A DNA stretch of 64,000 bases, taken from Nymphaea colorata (Eukaryota). Where the stretch lies: assembly GCF_008831285.2 (NCBI RefSeq), contig NC_045138.2, forward strand, positions 3,038,001-3,102,000, in the 5' to 3' direction. Every line of letters starts with the position of its first letter. The first letter of the stretch is position 1. The notes under the pieces were generated by a model, which was not told where the DNA came from, searched no databases, and saw only the letters and a list, made by a program, of their open reading frames with translations. Position numbers and translations under genes: made by a program. Below, in pieces: positions 12,717-28,900 of the stretch.

Positions 12717-14647
12717 GTTGGGAGGGGAGTGGGGTTGGACCTCAAAATCATGAACCTAAGACTAGCAGTAATCAAACATGACCTAAGTTTTTTTTTTTTT
12801 ATATATATATATAACTTTACCAAGTTTACAAACTATCTCAATTTATTTTTTAATAATAACAAGAGAAACTTTCATTGTTTTTATTATTTTACATGGGGAG
12901 ACCAACTCTGATTTACACTTTTTTGTTTTAAAATGAATTCAAGAAGGAGACAAAGCTAACTATGAATATATATACATTTATGGATCTGACATCATATGGT
13001 TAATATGACATATGATGACGGTAATAATTCCATAAAAGCTGACATCATATGGTTGAGATAAGACTTTATGATGGTAAACTTTTGTTCATCCAATGGAGAC
13101 CATTTCTAGTACAAGTTCCTAACACTGATGCTCTTATATTGAACCACCCATTTGATAAAAATATCTCGCCTAAATATTCTAAGAAAGACATAAAAATAAC
13201 ATTTCGAATCGACCCACTCGTTCAAAGCACCAAAAACAAACCCTATACCATACGAAAACAAAGGGCTAAAAGTGGAAGCTTCAGCTCTCTGTTAGGCACA
13301 GTGGAGTTTGATTAATATTGAAAACTTGGTTAAAATTATGACAAATATTTATTGTCAGAAACGTGTTTTTTTTTTTTAATTTGACACAATATTTTATTTT
13401 CTTTAAAGAATACTATTTTAACCCGCGAGTTGCGATACTCCACGTGTGATTTGCGCAAGCATGCTACGATTTACAGGTCATGGAAGACAGAGATTGTTAA
13501 AAACATTTAAAAACATTTTTATATAATATCATTGAATTAATTACAAGTAATATCATTAAGTAAGAAAGAAGGGAGAAATGCAATGCATCCAAATCTGGCT
13601 GACATAATGGAGAAGGGATGAAGTTTGACATTATTGATATATATTAACTTGGAATGCATCATGTGCTCGAGCTAAAAACTCGATGATAATGATAAATTTA
13701 CCAACCAGAGATCATATGGTACCGGAACTTTTGTCGGCGATGACGACAATTATGAGAGAGAACTGAATTATAGTTTCAAAATTTTAACAAGACCTGAAAT
13801 ATAATATTTCAAAAATTTTTATATAGGACAAACAAATTTTTTTAAAATTTACATGTAACTTTTTTTTCTTAGGGAGGCCAAGGCCCTTGCCATCTGCTCT
13901 CAGTCGAGTGGTAGGATGAAATATGACTCATACTCACAAAAAAACACTTGTGATGGAAAAGGTTCAGATTTTATCACTCAGTTATGATACTTTGTCTTTC
14001 AATCTAGTAAAAAATGGTACCAGCGAGAAGTTAGTTTGTGCATTGCTATTGCGTATCAGCCGATATATATCATTATGTGTCCATTTGTATTCTTTGTTTT
14101 TTAATTTTGTAAATTTAAATTTTAAATGAATTGATTTAAAAACAATATTATAAACAAAATCTGAAAACCTAGTTTTGTATCCTATGGGCCAATATGAAGT
14201 AATGTGAATAACATGGGCGCTTTTAACAATATGAACCTATATGCAATCTATGCAATCAAATCAAGAACCAACCGCCTACCAACCCCCTCGAGCAACACCA
14301 GCACATTTAGTAAACTGTCTGGAAAACTTGCAATGAGACCCAATTTTAACCACGGTTTGCAACTTAGGTTTGTGGTTAACCATTGAAAACGAAGTAGTGG
14401 TTTGGACATCAACTAACTTACATATTTTATAATATATACATATAAACTATATGTTATATATTACTTGAATAATGACTAGCTTCGCTTCCACGTCTCTCTG
14501 AAAAGGAAACCCACAGAAACCAAAATACACAAAATCCAAAAAACACATTGATGCATGTACTGAAGGTGTGAACATGAAGTTTCGATCTAACTTGTGATCC
14601 AAGACCAACCTTTTGATAGGACTGTGAGAGAACCACTTAAAACTATA

Positions 14648-14679
<32 letters not shown>

Positions 14680-15007
14680 AAGTGTGTCGGCTTTATAAAC
14701 CCAAGCACGTCGGTGGGTAGGACCTGCATTCTGTTCAACCAAATTTTTAAAATAAAAAACCTGTTTTCACACACACAAAATATGTATATTAAATAAATAT
14801 GAAAAGATTATGAGGCGGCGTCCAATATTCAACTTATGTAGAGTACCTTTCGAGAGTCAAAGTATTAATTGCATGTGGAATTTTTGAAAAAGAACATAGA
14901 AAGTATACACAAGTACCACTACATGTAATCACTGCATCAAAATGTCCATGATAGTTTATAGCTTATAGTTAGTTCTTGTAGTCTACATGTTAATATTATT
15001 TTTAAGC

Positions 15008-15382
15008 ATTGTTACAAATAATGTTTTGAAGTTTTAAACGGTGAGGTTTTTTTCAAGTATAACATGACCAACTTGAAAAAAAAAAAGAAAAAAAAATATG
15101 GTAAATTTTTAAAACTAAAAAAATTAAAAATAATGAAAAATAAAATAAGTGAGAAACTAATAACACAAACATGAAAAATAAGTAGATTTGTCACAAATAA
15201 AAAATAAAAAATGAAAAAAATGGCATGAAAACATGAAAAAATTAAAAACGTGAAAAACTCTTTAAAACCCCATTTTTCTGTTTTTTAACGTTTTTTAAAA
15301 AACATGTTTTTTAAAAGTTTTAAACGGTAATTTAATTTATCACGATTTTTTTTTTTAAATAAACATGTTTTTTGTGATTATG
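15008..15382. mobile_element. AT-rich foldback MITE with CATTGTCACAAA-type ends
   Basis: Ends CATTGTTACAAA...TTTGTGATTATG with A-rich then T-rich interior. Related termini at 17741, 30780-31194 and 49018. Confidence 0.5.
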
Positions 15383-15870
15383 TTTCTAAGTACCTGAACT
15401 GCTTTGCGTGCACCACCGTAAGATTTTGGGGGCATTTTAGCTATTTTTGAGAATGAAATAGACATTTTGGAAATTAAGTTTTTTTCACTTTCTATAATTT
15501 GCTCTATATTATAGAGGTGTTTTACCTTGAAAGGTAAGTGTAAATTATTAAATTATTCAATCAACTTGCTTTATTTTTATTTTTTTTATTGTGAGGAAGT
15601 CATCAAGGACCAGGCCACTTAATGAAACTGGTTGGGGAAAAAAGTCAACATGAAAATGACCTAGTTAACAAATTTACAAGGACGGCCTTTAAGGAAAAGT
15701 AGCGGATGTTAGGAGCTAGAAGGTAGCCAGTCTCTAGTTCAAATTTCAAGAAGCATTAACTTCTTCTCATTGCCAACATGGACTATGACCCTGTGAATGC
15801 TTATAGTTTTAAGCGATCAAACACGTTTGAGTTTTTCAACCCCAGATAGTTTCCTCAAGTAAAATTCTAA

Positions 15871-16223
15871 GGGCCCGTTTGATGGATATTTCCTGTAGTA
15901 CTAGAAATAACATTCAAATTTTTTTAAAAAAAATTGCCCATCAAACCTTGGATGAAAAAAATAGCTGGTTTTCAGATATTTTTTTTCTGGTCCAGGAAAA
16001 GTAATCGGTGGACTCTCAAAGCAATGCTTAATGCAACTATTCTCATTTTCATTATTCATTCCTATCAAACACTGAGAAATTTATTTCCTTGAACATAAAC
16101 CCAAGTCCAACAAACACAAATGAGTTTCGAAAATTTGGATTTTGTTTTCATTTATTCAATTTCTGAAATAAGTTTCTGGAAACTTCTTTCTAATTCCATA
16201 TTTCCAATGCATCAAATGGCCCC
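15871..16223. mobile_element. Tourist-like (PIF/Harbinger) MITE
   Basis: TIRs GGGCCCGTTTGATG / CATCAAATGGCCCC with TAA target-site duplication on both sides (15868-15870, 16224-16226). Confidence 0.85.
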
Positions 16224-18429
16224 TAATAGATTGACATGGATAGATCCAATCAAAGTTTGTCATCATAAGATCCTTTTTATGCGATACCCACATAGTAAAC
16301 AAACACCAGATTTTTATAATTATGTGAAAAAAGAGGATTTGAAATCATCAGTTGAGGTCGCTGAGAGGCGAGTTTGACACTAAATCCATAGATCTGAGAT
16401 TCTCAATCATTTTAAATCACTTCAAATCTCAAATCGGAAGCTATCAAACGCTTCCGGTAACTTTGATCAGCTGCAGACCACCTGTAGTACTGATTCAAAT
16501 CTGGTTTCACACCCTTAACCTTGAGATTGGAGTTGCAGTGTCTTTATATTCTTCACCATTGGTAACAACCTGTCCAATTGGATCTCCACTAATTGTATCT
16601 AGACTACAACTTGGACATGTAGTTCGGATCTCTGGAATTGAATTAAGATATAATGAGCATAAGCTCTGACTTTGGACCTTTGCCAAGGTTTATATATATA
16701 TAGCAACGTTTTGCATTGGTGAATCCTTTGACAATTGGCATCAAGGGCGTAGAATAGCTGGTTGAGGTGAAAAATGCATATAGGATATGTCCTCACTTCA
16801 ATTCTTGTGGGTGCTATTCTCTTCGGCTGTAAAAAGTGGGAGTGCTCCATCAAACTGAATGTGGTATACTACCCACCCAGGTCGTAACAGAGCTCAGGAC
16901 CCTGGAGACAAGATGAAGTTTTGGGTCAATTTTGAGTAGTAAATTGTTAACTTCTTGTTCACCTGAAATTCTTTGCGAGCTGATTACAAGGGTATTAGAG
17001 AAAGCGATCCCGTTTGGCTTTTCCTTTTCATTCTCATCTTTGAGATTTTCTCAAGAAGAATGAGATGGGAAATGGCTAGGAATCACATTAAAGAGCCCAA
17101 ATTTGTAGGATCAAAATTTGTCTCCTAGAGTTCTTTTGTGTGAATAGTTGCAAGGCTGATGTGAAGTGGTTTTCGAGAAATTTGAGATTAAACTTGGGAT
17201 CAAAGTAAACCCTAATAATTCTTTGGTGATAGCTTTCAATGTAGAAGAAGATTCATGTGAGAGTTTGAAAGAACTCGTGTGTTGGTAAAAAATAGGGATG
17301 TCAATATATCCGATTTGAATCAGATATCCAACCGAACGGATCGAAAAAAACATACGTTTTACCTGATGGACAGAAGTCTTGTAAGTAAAAAGCCGATTTC
17401 ATCAACGATATAACCATGGTGATAGTATAGATCTGTTTGTAGCGGCGGATGGAAATATTGTAAAAAAAGCATAAATGTTTACTGACGGCATGTCCGCGGG
17501 CGGATTATGTGTTGCCCTACTACCATGAGAGTACTGCCATAGTTTCATATGGGAAGTTATGATCGAACATACATATGGTTAATAGGCAGATTATGTGTTG
17601 CCCTACTACCATGGGAATTGTTGGCTTAGTCGATGTTTATAACAGCACCCAGATGGTATATCTAGCTTTCAGGTTGAAGACCCCTCTAATTCTGTCTAGA
17701 AAAAAATTATCTTGAGAAAAGCAGTTTATGGTGAAGTAGAACCATTGTCACAAATATCGCGTATTAATAAAAAAGACATGATATACATGCCAAAAATGAG
17801 TCAGCCAAAAAGACGGGCAATAAGAAGCACTTTTCTTAAAATGCCAAAACATAAAAAAACACAAAAAAATATAATATGCGTTTTTTAAAATGTTTTTTTC
17901 GTAATTCCTTATTTATTTTATTTTTATGTAATTTTAAAGATTTTATTAAATTTTTTATATTTTTTTAGAATTTCCATCATAGATCAAAATAGTAGAAGTG
18001 ATCTCGAAAACAAATTAAGTTCTAAGCTAAGTTTTTGTGGTGACCTAATCTTTTTTAAAGACGAAGAAAAATGAAAAAAAAAAAACTTAGATGTCCAGCC
18101 AACTGCTGCCTCAACGTGTTTTGGGGATCAAGATTTTCTCGAGATATACAACTTTGTCATATTATAACTTTGTCATATTATACCTGAGAAATTTCTTGGT
18201 GTATAATACGCATAAACGACAATGGGTTGACCAAATGCACTCTGGTAATGTCATAAAAAATAGGTGATGGTGTTGATATTATGTTTTGGACAGAAAATTA
18301 GAGATGAGTTACATGGGTATCGTCTCCTACCTAATCCCATTATAGAATTTTGATATTTGCATGAAGTTCTTTGATTATTTTGTAAAGCATATGAAATAGC
18401 TAAGTAGATCGGCAGGATTTTGATATCTC

Positions 18430-18750
18430 CTTCTCTACATGGATTAAACATGCTATGCTCAATGCTGGGCAGGACCTGCTTTGTTGGGGAAATGATAATG
18501 TGACCACATTAAGTAGATCCGAAATCTATAAATGCCTCCAACATTATGGTCCAGTTAAAAAAGAGTATTACTCGATCTGGGCGCCTGTGGGCCAAGTGGA
18601 ACCTGTTTATTGTGACAAATAACATATTATTAACTTCGGACTAAGTTCAAATGTAATGTTTTTGGTGTGGCAATGGCTAATTAATAGATGTTTGGTATGT
18701 AAGGATTGAATTTGAGTCAGTTGCTCATACCCTGATGAAGTGGAGAACAA
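18430..18750 (+). mobile_element. LINE (L1) remnant, zf-RVT region
   Basis: Frameshifted translation GQDLLCWGNDN..LSRSEIYKCL...YSIWAP...LLTSD...LINRCLVCKD.FESVAH.L matches the pattern of the plant L1 reverse-transcriptase zinc-binding region (D.L.W..IW..LLT.D..NRC.LC..ES..H). Confidence 0.6.
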
Positions 18751-19405
18751 CTAAGGCTGTTTGGAAATTTGTGGAGCAAAAGTTTCTTTCAGTATGTTAT
18801 GAAGAATGTTACCTCGTTATCTGAATGTTATATATATACATGAATCTGTGCTCAGGATTGAGTTAGATTCATGGGCACTTAGTTTTAGTGTTATATAATG
18901 AATATGCCTCAAATTTTTGGTAGATTTATGAAACATTCATATAATATTACATTTGCCAAATGACCCATAAAAAGCGATTGAGTACAGCTTACTGGAACCA
19001 AGCTTAATGAAATATTTCATTCCAAAGGAACGGAGCATTCTTTTTAACAAACACCTTCTAAGAAATTTTATAGATGTTATTAGGATCGAATTAGTGGCAA
19101 AACAATTCGATTTGATGATTTGGGTGTTGGAAAGCAGTAGACAGGGGACAACTCTAAGACACCAAAAGTAGGTCTTATACCTTAAGGACATGAGGAGTCG
19201 GATAGAAGATTTGGCCGGCGGCAAGTCACTCCTGTCCATCCAGATTAAACCTGATCAGATTTAAATTTGAAATTTTGGTTTAAATAAAAGATTAAGTCCG
19301 GGTCCAAGTGTTAATGACAAATCTGATGAAGAGAGATCCGATTGTATCAAATCAGATTTGGTAAGTACTAGGTCCGATCCGAATGGAACCCATTTACGTC
19401 CCGTG

Positions 19406-19566
19406 TGGGCTGAACCTGAACGTGACCATTTCCCCAGCTAGGCCGAACATGTTCGGGTCAGGCATTTCGATCCCTTCCATGCCGAGTCTCAGATCTCCAA
19501 TCTCTCGGTCTGGATCTTTGCATCTGGACCGTTCATCCATGATACGAGGAGCAGGCACTAGGGTTT
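19406..19566 (+). promoter_or_regulatory. site II (TGGGCT) plus telo-box (TAGGGTTT) upstream of RPL7a
   Basis: TGGGCT at 19406-19411 and AAACCCTA on the minus strand at 19559-19566. This combination is typical of plant cytosolic ribosomal protein promoters. Confidence 0.65.
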
Positions 19567-19701
19567 TCATCTATCGGGGAACGCTGAGTATAAGGAGGGA
19601 GGTTGCGCCGAGTTTCTCTCTCTTGCATCTGGCCTTGCTGCGGAGGGGGAGGGAAGTCGAGCCGCAGAAGCCGAGGGGGAGAGGGGTTTTGTAGTCGGAA
19701 A

Positions 19702-22479
<2,778 letters not shown>

Positions 22480-23384
22480 GGAACCATAAAAACAGCTGTT
22501 AGATATAGGGGAAAATTGGTAATTGAGCTGTTTGCCGTTTAGGAGAGAAGCGGAGAAGAGTTTTATTTTGCCTTCTTGTTTTGTAGTGAATCTTTGTTTT
22601 ATTGTTTTCTTTTTGGTTGTTTAAGGAATGCTTCTTTATCTCATGGTTATCATTTTTTATACTGCTGTCTTATCTCAATGCTTTTTATTGGGATTTATGT
22701 TCTTGTCAAAGAACATGGGAAAGTGTGCTAGTTCTTTAACGTCTCCGGATTTGTTCTGCTGGACATTGGAGTTCTGATTCTTACAATATTAGCGAAAGTT
22801 GGGAGCTTTTGAGGGTTAGAAACCTCCTGATGAATGGACTCCATTTCTTTTGGACCTGTCACTGCATTTAATCCAGCCAGAAAACTTGTCCTTGATGAAA
22901 TATTATCAAAAGACCCTTTTGCCAATATGCAGATTTAGATTGAACCTATCGATGCATTTCAGCATATGTTCTTCGGCCCTGCCTGTTGCTGGAAGCGTCC
23001 TGTGGATTTTCTTGAACTTGATTATTTGCTTCTGAATTTATGGTCAGTGTTTGAGGTTTGGCCAAACCAAAGACAATATTTGGATGTAGAGAAATGAAGG
23101 GGATGCCTTTTCTTACCATGGTTTTCCTGGCGAACAGAATTCATGCTCTTCGACACCCTTAGCTTCCTCTCCCCCACCGCCACCACCGCGAGGTGAAATT
23201 TAGCTCAGTGATTAGAAATCACAGATCCATGGCATCTGCCACATGTGCCATTCGTGATGCTGTCAGCCTGCTGCAACGTTCTTTAAGTAGTTATTATTAA
23301 AACGTTCTTTAAGTAGTTATTTTTTTAATAAGTTCAACTTTAAACCTTACATGTTAAAAATCTAAAAATCATTAAGGTTCTGAA

Positions 23385-23590
23385 ATCACCTTAGTTCTCA
23401 GATCCATTGTAATGAAACGAAACCTAAAGTAGTCACTTTTGGTTGTGCATATTAGGTTTGTAAAAAACGCTCGTCATGATTTTGTTTTTCGAAGAACACA
23501 AGAGACCCCTCTCGCAGTTAAAAGTGAAAAATTGAAAAAAGATCTTGACAATGATGAGCTGCCAAATCGAAGAATTTTTGGGAGGACTTT
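23385..23590 (-). mobile_element. degenerate hAT transposase C-terminal (dimerisation) fragment
   Basis: Minus-strand QLIIVKIFFQ..TFNCERG followed by frameshifted ..FV-HYN..LR resembles the hAT motif LA.RILSQ..SS.CERNWS...LVFVHYNL.LR. Confidence 0.4.
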
Positions 23591-25902
23591 GATTGTTGTA
23601 GATTTTACATGATTTGTAGTTCATCAAAGTAAGGACATATTTGAAATCTTCATTTTATTTGTACATCCAAAAAAGGCTGCACTATAGGAAGGAGGACTTG
23701 ATTTTATGTTCACGGATCTTAAATCAGTAAGATCTTGTGTCAGAGTATATCAAAGGCAATCAAACATGTCTGAAACCTTGCAGCAAGAAAATGCTTTCTG
23801 CAATGTTTTTCAGAGGAACAAGCATGCCACAATCCAAATTTGTGACGGACGCTGGAATGGTTTCTAGAGTTCGGGAATCATCACCCATATGCACAGTATA
23901 GAATCACCTAAGATTTAGGTGCTTATCATTTTATGCAAAGAACATGTCCTGATCATACACATAAAAAAGAGGAAAGAAAGAGGCAGACCGTGCGGTGTAC
24001 CGCTAAAGTAGCTTTAAGGCGACGAGACAAATGAAAAAAAACCTTTCGGATTCTGTTGAATTTTGAAAAGGGGCTTTAACAGTGTTTGTCATCACTAAGC
24101 TAAACCTCAGAAGAACAAACCAAAACTCGGTTCATACTAGCCAGTTAAAGAAACTGGGTCACACGATTGTACATACGTAACTTTCTCCGAACGGACACTG
24201 GTTCGGACTGGGTTAGTAAAGAAACTGGAAAAAATTTGCGAATGGGAACTCTTGTTTTAGACATATAACATATTGATCCTCAACTTTTAAAGGCTAATAA
24301 GGGGGCCCTACTAGAGAAGGTCCTTTTTTTTTTTTTTTTAATGACAAGAATGCCCCAGGTATGAGGAGGGCCACAGTCCCCTCTCTCGTCACTAACCTGA
24401 GTTATAAGCGCCATGCATAAGGCTGGGCATCGGACTCGGGTTCAGACCCTATATAGAATCGGTCCAGGTCCACTCGGTACATTATTTTATTTTAATAATG
24501 ATAAATATTTTATTATTAAAAATTAATTTACATTAAAGTGGTGACATACCTGCAAGTAATAACTGATGAAAAATACAATCTACATCAATTTCTATAGACC
24601 CATGGCATCTTCATATGAATTGATGGAAAATATCTTGAGGAATATCACCGAAAAATGGCTTAAGTGGTAAGGTACCTGCAAGTTTGGCCAACCTTACTGC
24701 CATTATCAGCCTCAAATATACATCACGCTCAAGGCATTCTACTTCCACTTAAAACTGCTCAAAATTTCCTTTGTCTTTGTTGCTTCATAGGAATTTGGTA
24801 GGCAGCGACCTTTCTTGTTAAGCTAACGAAATTGAGAGATTTGTAAATTTGTCTTTTCTCACTGCATCTTTTACCTTAATTTTTTTTTTGGACAAACTGT
24901 TCACAGTTGCAATTTCTTGGTTGCATACTTGCAGCAAAAATATCAGCTATTACCATGACAAAGTATCATCTAAGAACACTCGCTAGGTACACAACCAACA
25001 AGGTTGTTTTTTGACCGAACGCTCCTGTGGGCATTCCAACATACAAATGAGAGGTGTTGTAAAGTTGCATTTTCTCTTGTCCCTATATTTGTCAAATATT
25101 GTTATTTGCTGCTTTCCCTAAACGATATGGACGTGAGCTTTAAGTTGAGCATGCATCTTGTTCTTAAGAATGCAAGGGAAGTTCCATCTTGGCTTTCACA
25201 AAAAAATGGATAAATAAAAGTGTTTCCAAATTTAAGTGTAACATTTTGAGCCAGTAGGTTGGGCCTTCGTTTTTGCATAAAACAAAAAAAGAGAGAGAGA
25301 GAGAGAGAGAGGTGCGTAAAATGATGCCTGAAAATTATAAGAGAAAGGGCCCCATGGAAGAGAAGCTCTCTCTCTTTTTGAGAGGCCTGATGAAGGAGCA
25401 CAATCTTTCTCTCTTTTTTTTTCTCTCTCTCTTCATTTTCTGGTTTTGCGGCTTATATAAGGAACTTCTTTTTCGCTGAAGGTGAGGTCCTCCTTGTTAG
25501 CTTTTTAACGAAGATCAATATGTTATACGCCCAAAACATGAGTGCCCATTTGTAGTTTTCTCAATAAACCTGCAACTAATGCCCCTCCTCTTGTAGCCTC
25601 CGGGAGTGGTGACTTGTTCAGCGCCGGAACCCAAGGTCTCTCTCTCTCTCTCTACTTTCCGGCGTACCGGCGACCGGAAAATTGTCTACATTCTTCAAAC
25701 GACCTTTTGTTCCATATTCTGATCCTCCACGTCTGGTATTGGCGTTTTTCTTGTTACTCCACCCAAAGACTACTGTTTCTCCATCCTCATTTTAGTACTA
25801 ACACTCTTGCCAAAGACGAACTCATAAGACTTTTTCTCCATCTTCCTTTGTTTCTTCATTCTCTGGAGAAGGAAAAATCGTTTCGAAAACTGATATTCAG
25901 AG

Positions 25903-28900
25903 ATGGACGGCGAGCGAAAGGAAGAGATTGCAGAGGATGTCTGTTTCTTCTGCAAAGATGGTGGGGAGCTCCGTATTTGCGATTTCAAGTAAGGAAAACC
26001 GTTTTTTCTATGTGACACCGACGGCCATGCTTTATTGGGTTTTGCTCATTTTCGTTCTGCAGTTTTGCTTTGTTCCGAACCCTTCATGATTTTTCAACTG
26101 GTGAACAGCACGGACGCCCATGGGAGAGAAGCAGTGGCTCCGCTTCTTTTGTCATATCTCTCCGCTTTCGGCTTGTTGGGCTTGGTGGGTTTTTAATGAA
26201 TGGATGTATGCATTGGTCGACACTGAAGTTAGGCGTCTTGCTTGCTTAGCATTTCGACTAAATGCATCCTCCTCATCTCTGGAATAGATATGCTCTCAAT
26301 GTATGAAGATGGTCTATTTTCGGTTCTTATCATGTAGATGGAAACCGACATGACCCATGTGCATAGTTTTCCAGAGCTTGAGCCACCTGTATTTGTGCTT
26401 TGTGTATGTATGTATTATGACGGATGTGGGAATGCATTTGCACATGAATGACGAAAAATATGGTAATGGATTTGTGGGGTACGCATGTATACTTGTGCGC
26501 ATGCAGGGCTACATGCATGCATGCATATAGTACACTACCTATGGATGCAAACGGTTAGAGGTATACCATGTTTAAATGCGTCTGGGACTGTGGCGAGAGG
26601 ATGAAGTTGCCTGTACCATTTCCTGCAAACTTCCTTGAGTACATGCTGTATACCTGTTTGCAAGTAACATTTCTACTTCCTGAATATTGGAGGCGTTGTT
26701 GTGGCAGGTCATGCTTAAAAGCATATCATGCACCCTGTGTGGGTAAAGATCTCAAGTTTTTGGAGTTAGATGAATATTGGACATGTGGTAGGTACTTCTG
26801 TTTCTTGGTTTATGTCGATGAATCTGTAAAATGCATTTTTGTTAGCAACAATTTGGTCGTCTCTTATTAGTTGCGCTCAATGATGAAAAGAGATAGTCTT
26901 TATAGATGATTATTACCTGCATTCTGAAGTTTATCTTGTGGTAGTTGGCGGACCCTCCTTTTTTAAATACACAATGGTGGTTTTCTTGTTCATATATGGG
27001 TTCTTCTTTCAGTCCCAAATTTTTTATGCTGTTAGCAGTATCTTTTATTGTTTGACAGTAGGCCTCCGTGCATAGGTTGGCACTCGTGCTTCCTTTGTCA
27101 AAAGAGCTCGATCTTTCAATGCTTTTGCTGTCCAAGGTCTGTCTGTGCACAATGTATGGGAGCTGCCAGCTTTGTGGTCCTCAGAAAGGGGAAAGGATTT
27201 TGTGTCGAATGCCTGAAGCTTGCCTTGATGATAGAGAATGACATGGATGTGGATTCGGATGGGGTATGTTTTCTGGACGTCTGTAAGCTACACATTCTCT
27301 GCTAGCAACCAAATATTGTTCCCGGTTTGCTAATAGGGCAGGCTTTTTGTTTGGTCTTCTTCCATTTCTAGATTTTATCTTATCTAATATGATTTGGCCT
27401 CTACAGAGGCTTCAAGATAATTTTTTCATTTCTTAAACGCATCTCTCTGTTGGTCTTTTCTGGTGAATATATGCAAAGCTGCATTTTGTATCAAATTGAT
27501 TTTCCAGCACTTCATGCTGATTGCCAGGTTATAGGTGCAGAGTTTATGAAGTTGATATATATATATATATATATATATATCCTTTGTACATCAATCTCGT
27601 TTGGATCTTAATCCAAGTAGCTTTGACATAATTCTATAGATGTGTCCAGCATGATATAAAAGTATAGATTGATTATTTGTGTTTTTTGACCAAATAAAGT
27701 TCATTCTTGAAAATGTGATGTTTCTTCAGCAATTGATTTTTTGTTCACAAAAAAGGAAAAACTTGATGCATGTTTGTTTCTGGTGATCCAAAAGCTTATC
27801 TTCACTTAAACGGTTAAACCTATCACCTGATCTGTAGGGTTGAATTTAAGGAAAGAATGAGAAAACAACAATTAGACCGCACATTCAAATGATTATAGCA
27901 AATGCATGTATATTCACAAGACGAACTTAGAAGATCATTTGATCTGGTAAAACTAAACGTACATATAACCGAACATCTAAATCCTCAGTTCATCGAAGCA
28001 TAATTTCAGAACACCAACTCAGAAGATCGTCTAAGACTCTGAACTTGTAAAACCAAAAATAAATACAACAGAGTATCTAGGTCGTCGATCATCTTTATGT
28101 AGCGTAATTCACATGATTCACAGGAGGAAGATGAGAAAGAGAGATAGAGAGAGAAATCCTATATGTGTGTGTGTGTGTGTGTATTAAATGCATTTTTATA
28201 GCATGTCACTGATGGGACCTCTCTCCCTCTCTCTCTTTCTTTCTCTTTCTCTCGCTGTCCATTTTCCTTCTGTGAATCATGTGAATTGTGCTAGCTATAA
28301 ATGATCAGGAACTTAGATACTCTGTTGTATTTATTTTTTGTTTTACAAGGTCAGACGATCTTCTGAATTGGTGTTCTGAAATTATATGAACTGAGGATTT
28401 AGATGTTCTGTTATATGTATTTTTGGTTTTACAAGGTCGGGCGATCTTCTAAGTTGGTCTTACGAGCTTATACTACAATGAACTTAATTTTAACTCACTA
28501 AATTTTTAAGGCGATTTTAGAGGTAGATGTGTTATAAGCCTCTAGGAACAGAAGAGAACATGTAACGAAAAGCCATATTGATACTTTAGAAACTCTATGG
28601 AAGTTGTGTTGTAGTTTCTGTCCAGTTTGCGGTTCCCAGCCTCCTAGATAATAAGTTTCACTTGAGGATTTAGAATTTTAGAAGGTGGCTTTTTGATAAA
28701 GCCCTCTTCAGAAACCAAAAGACGGACCTGTTTCAAATTTTATATTTATTGTTTTGTCAAGTACAATAGAGTTTATCTTTTAAAGAAATTTGGCTCCAGA
28801 AATAGAACTTACTTTTTTTTCCTTCCCAGTGTCACTAATCTTGCTATTACATAAAAGGTTAATCTAGTGATCTTAAAACGGTCATGGATGTCTAATTGCC

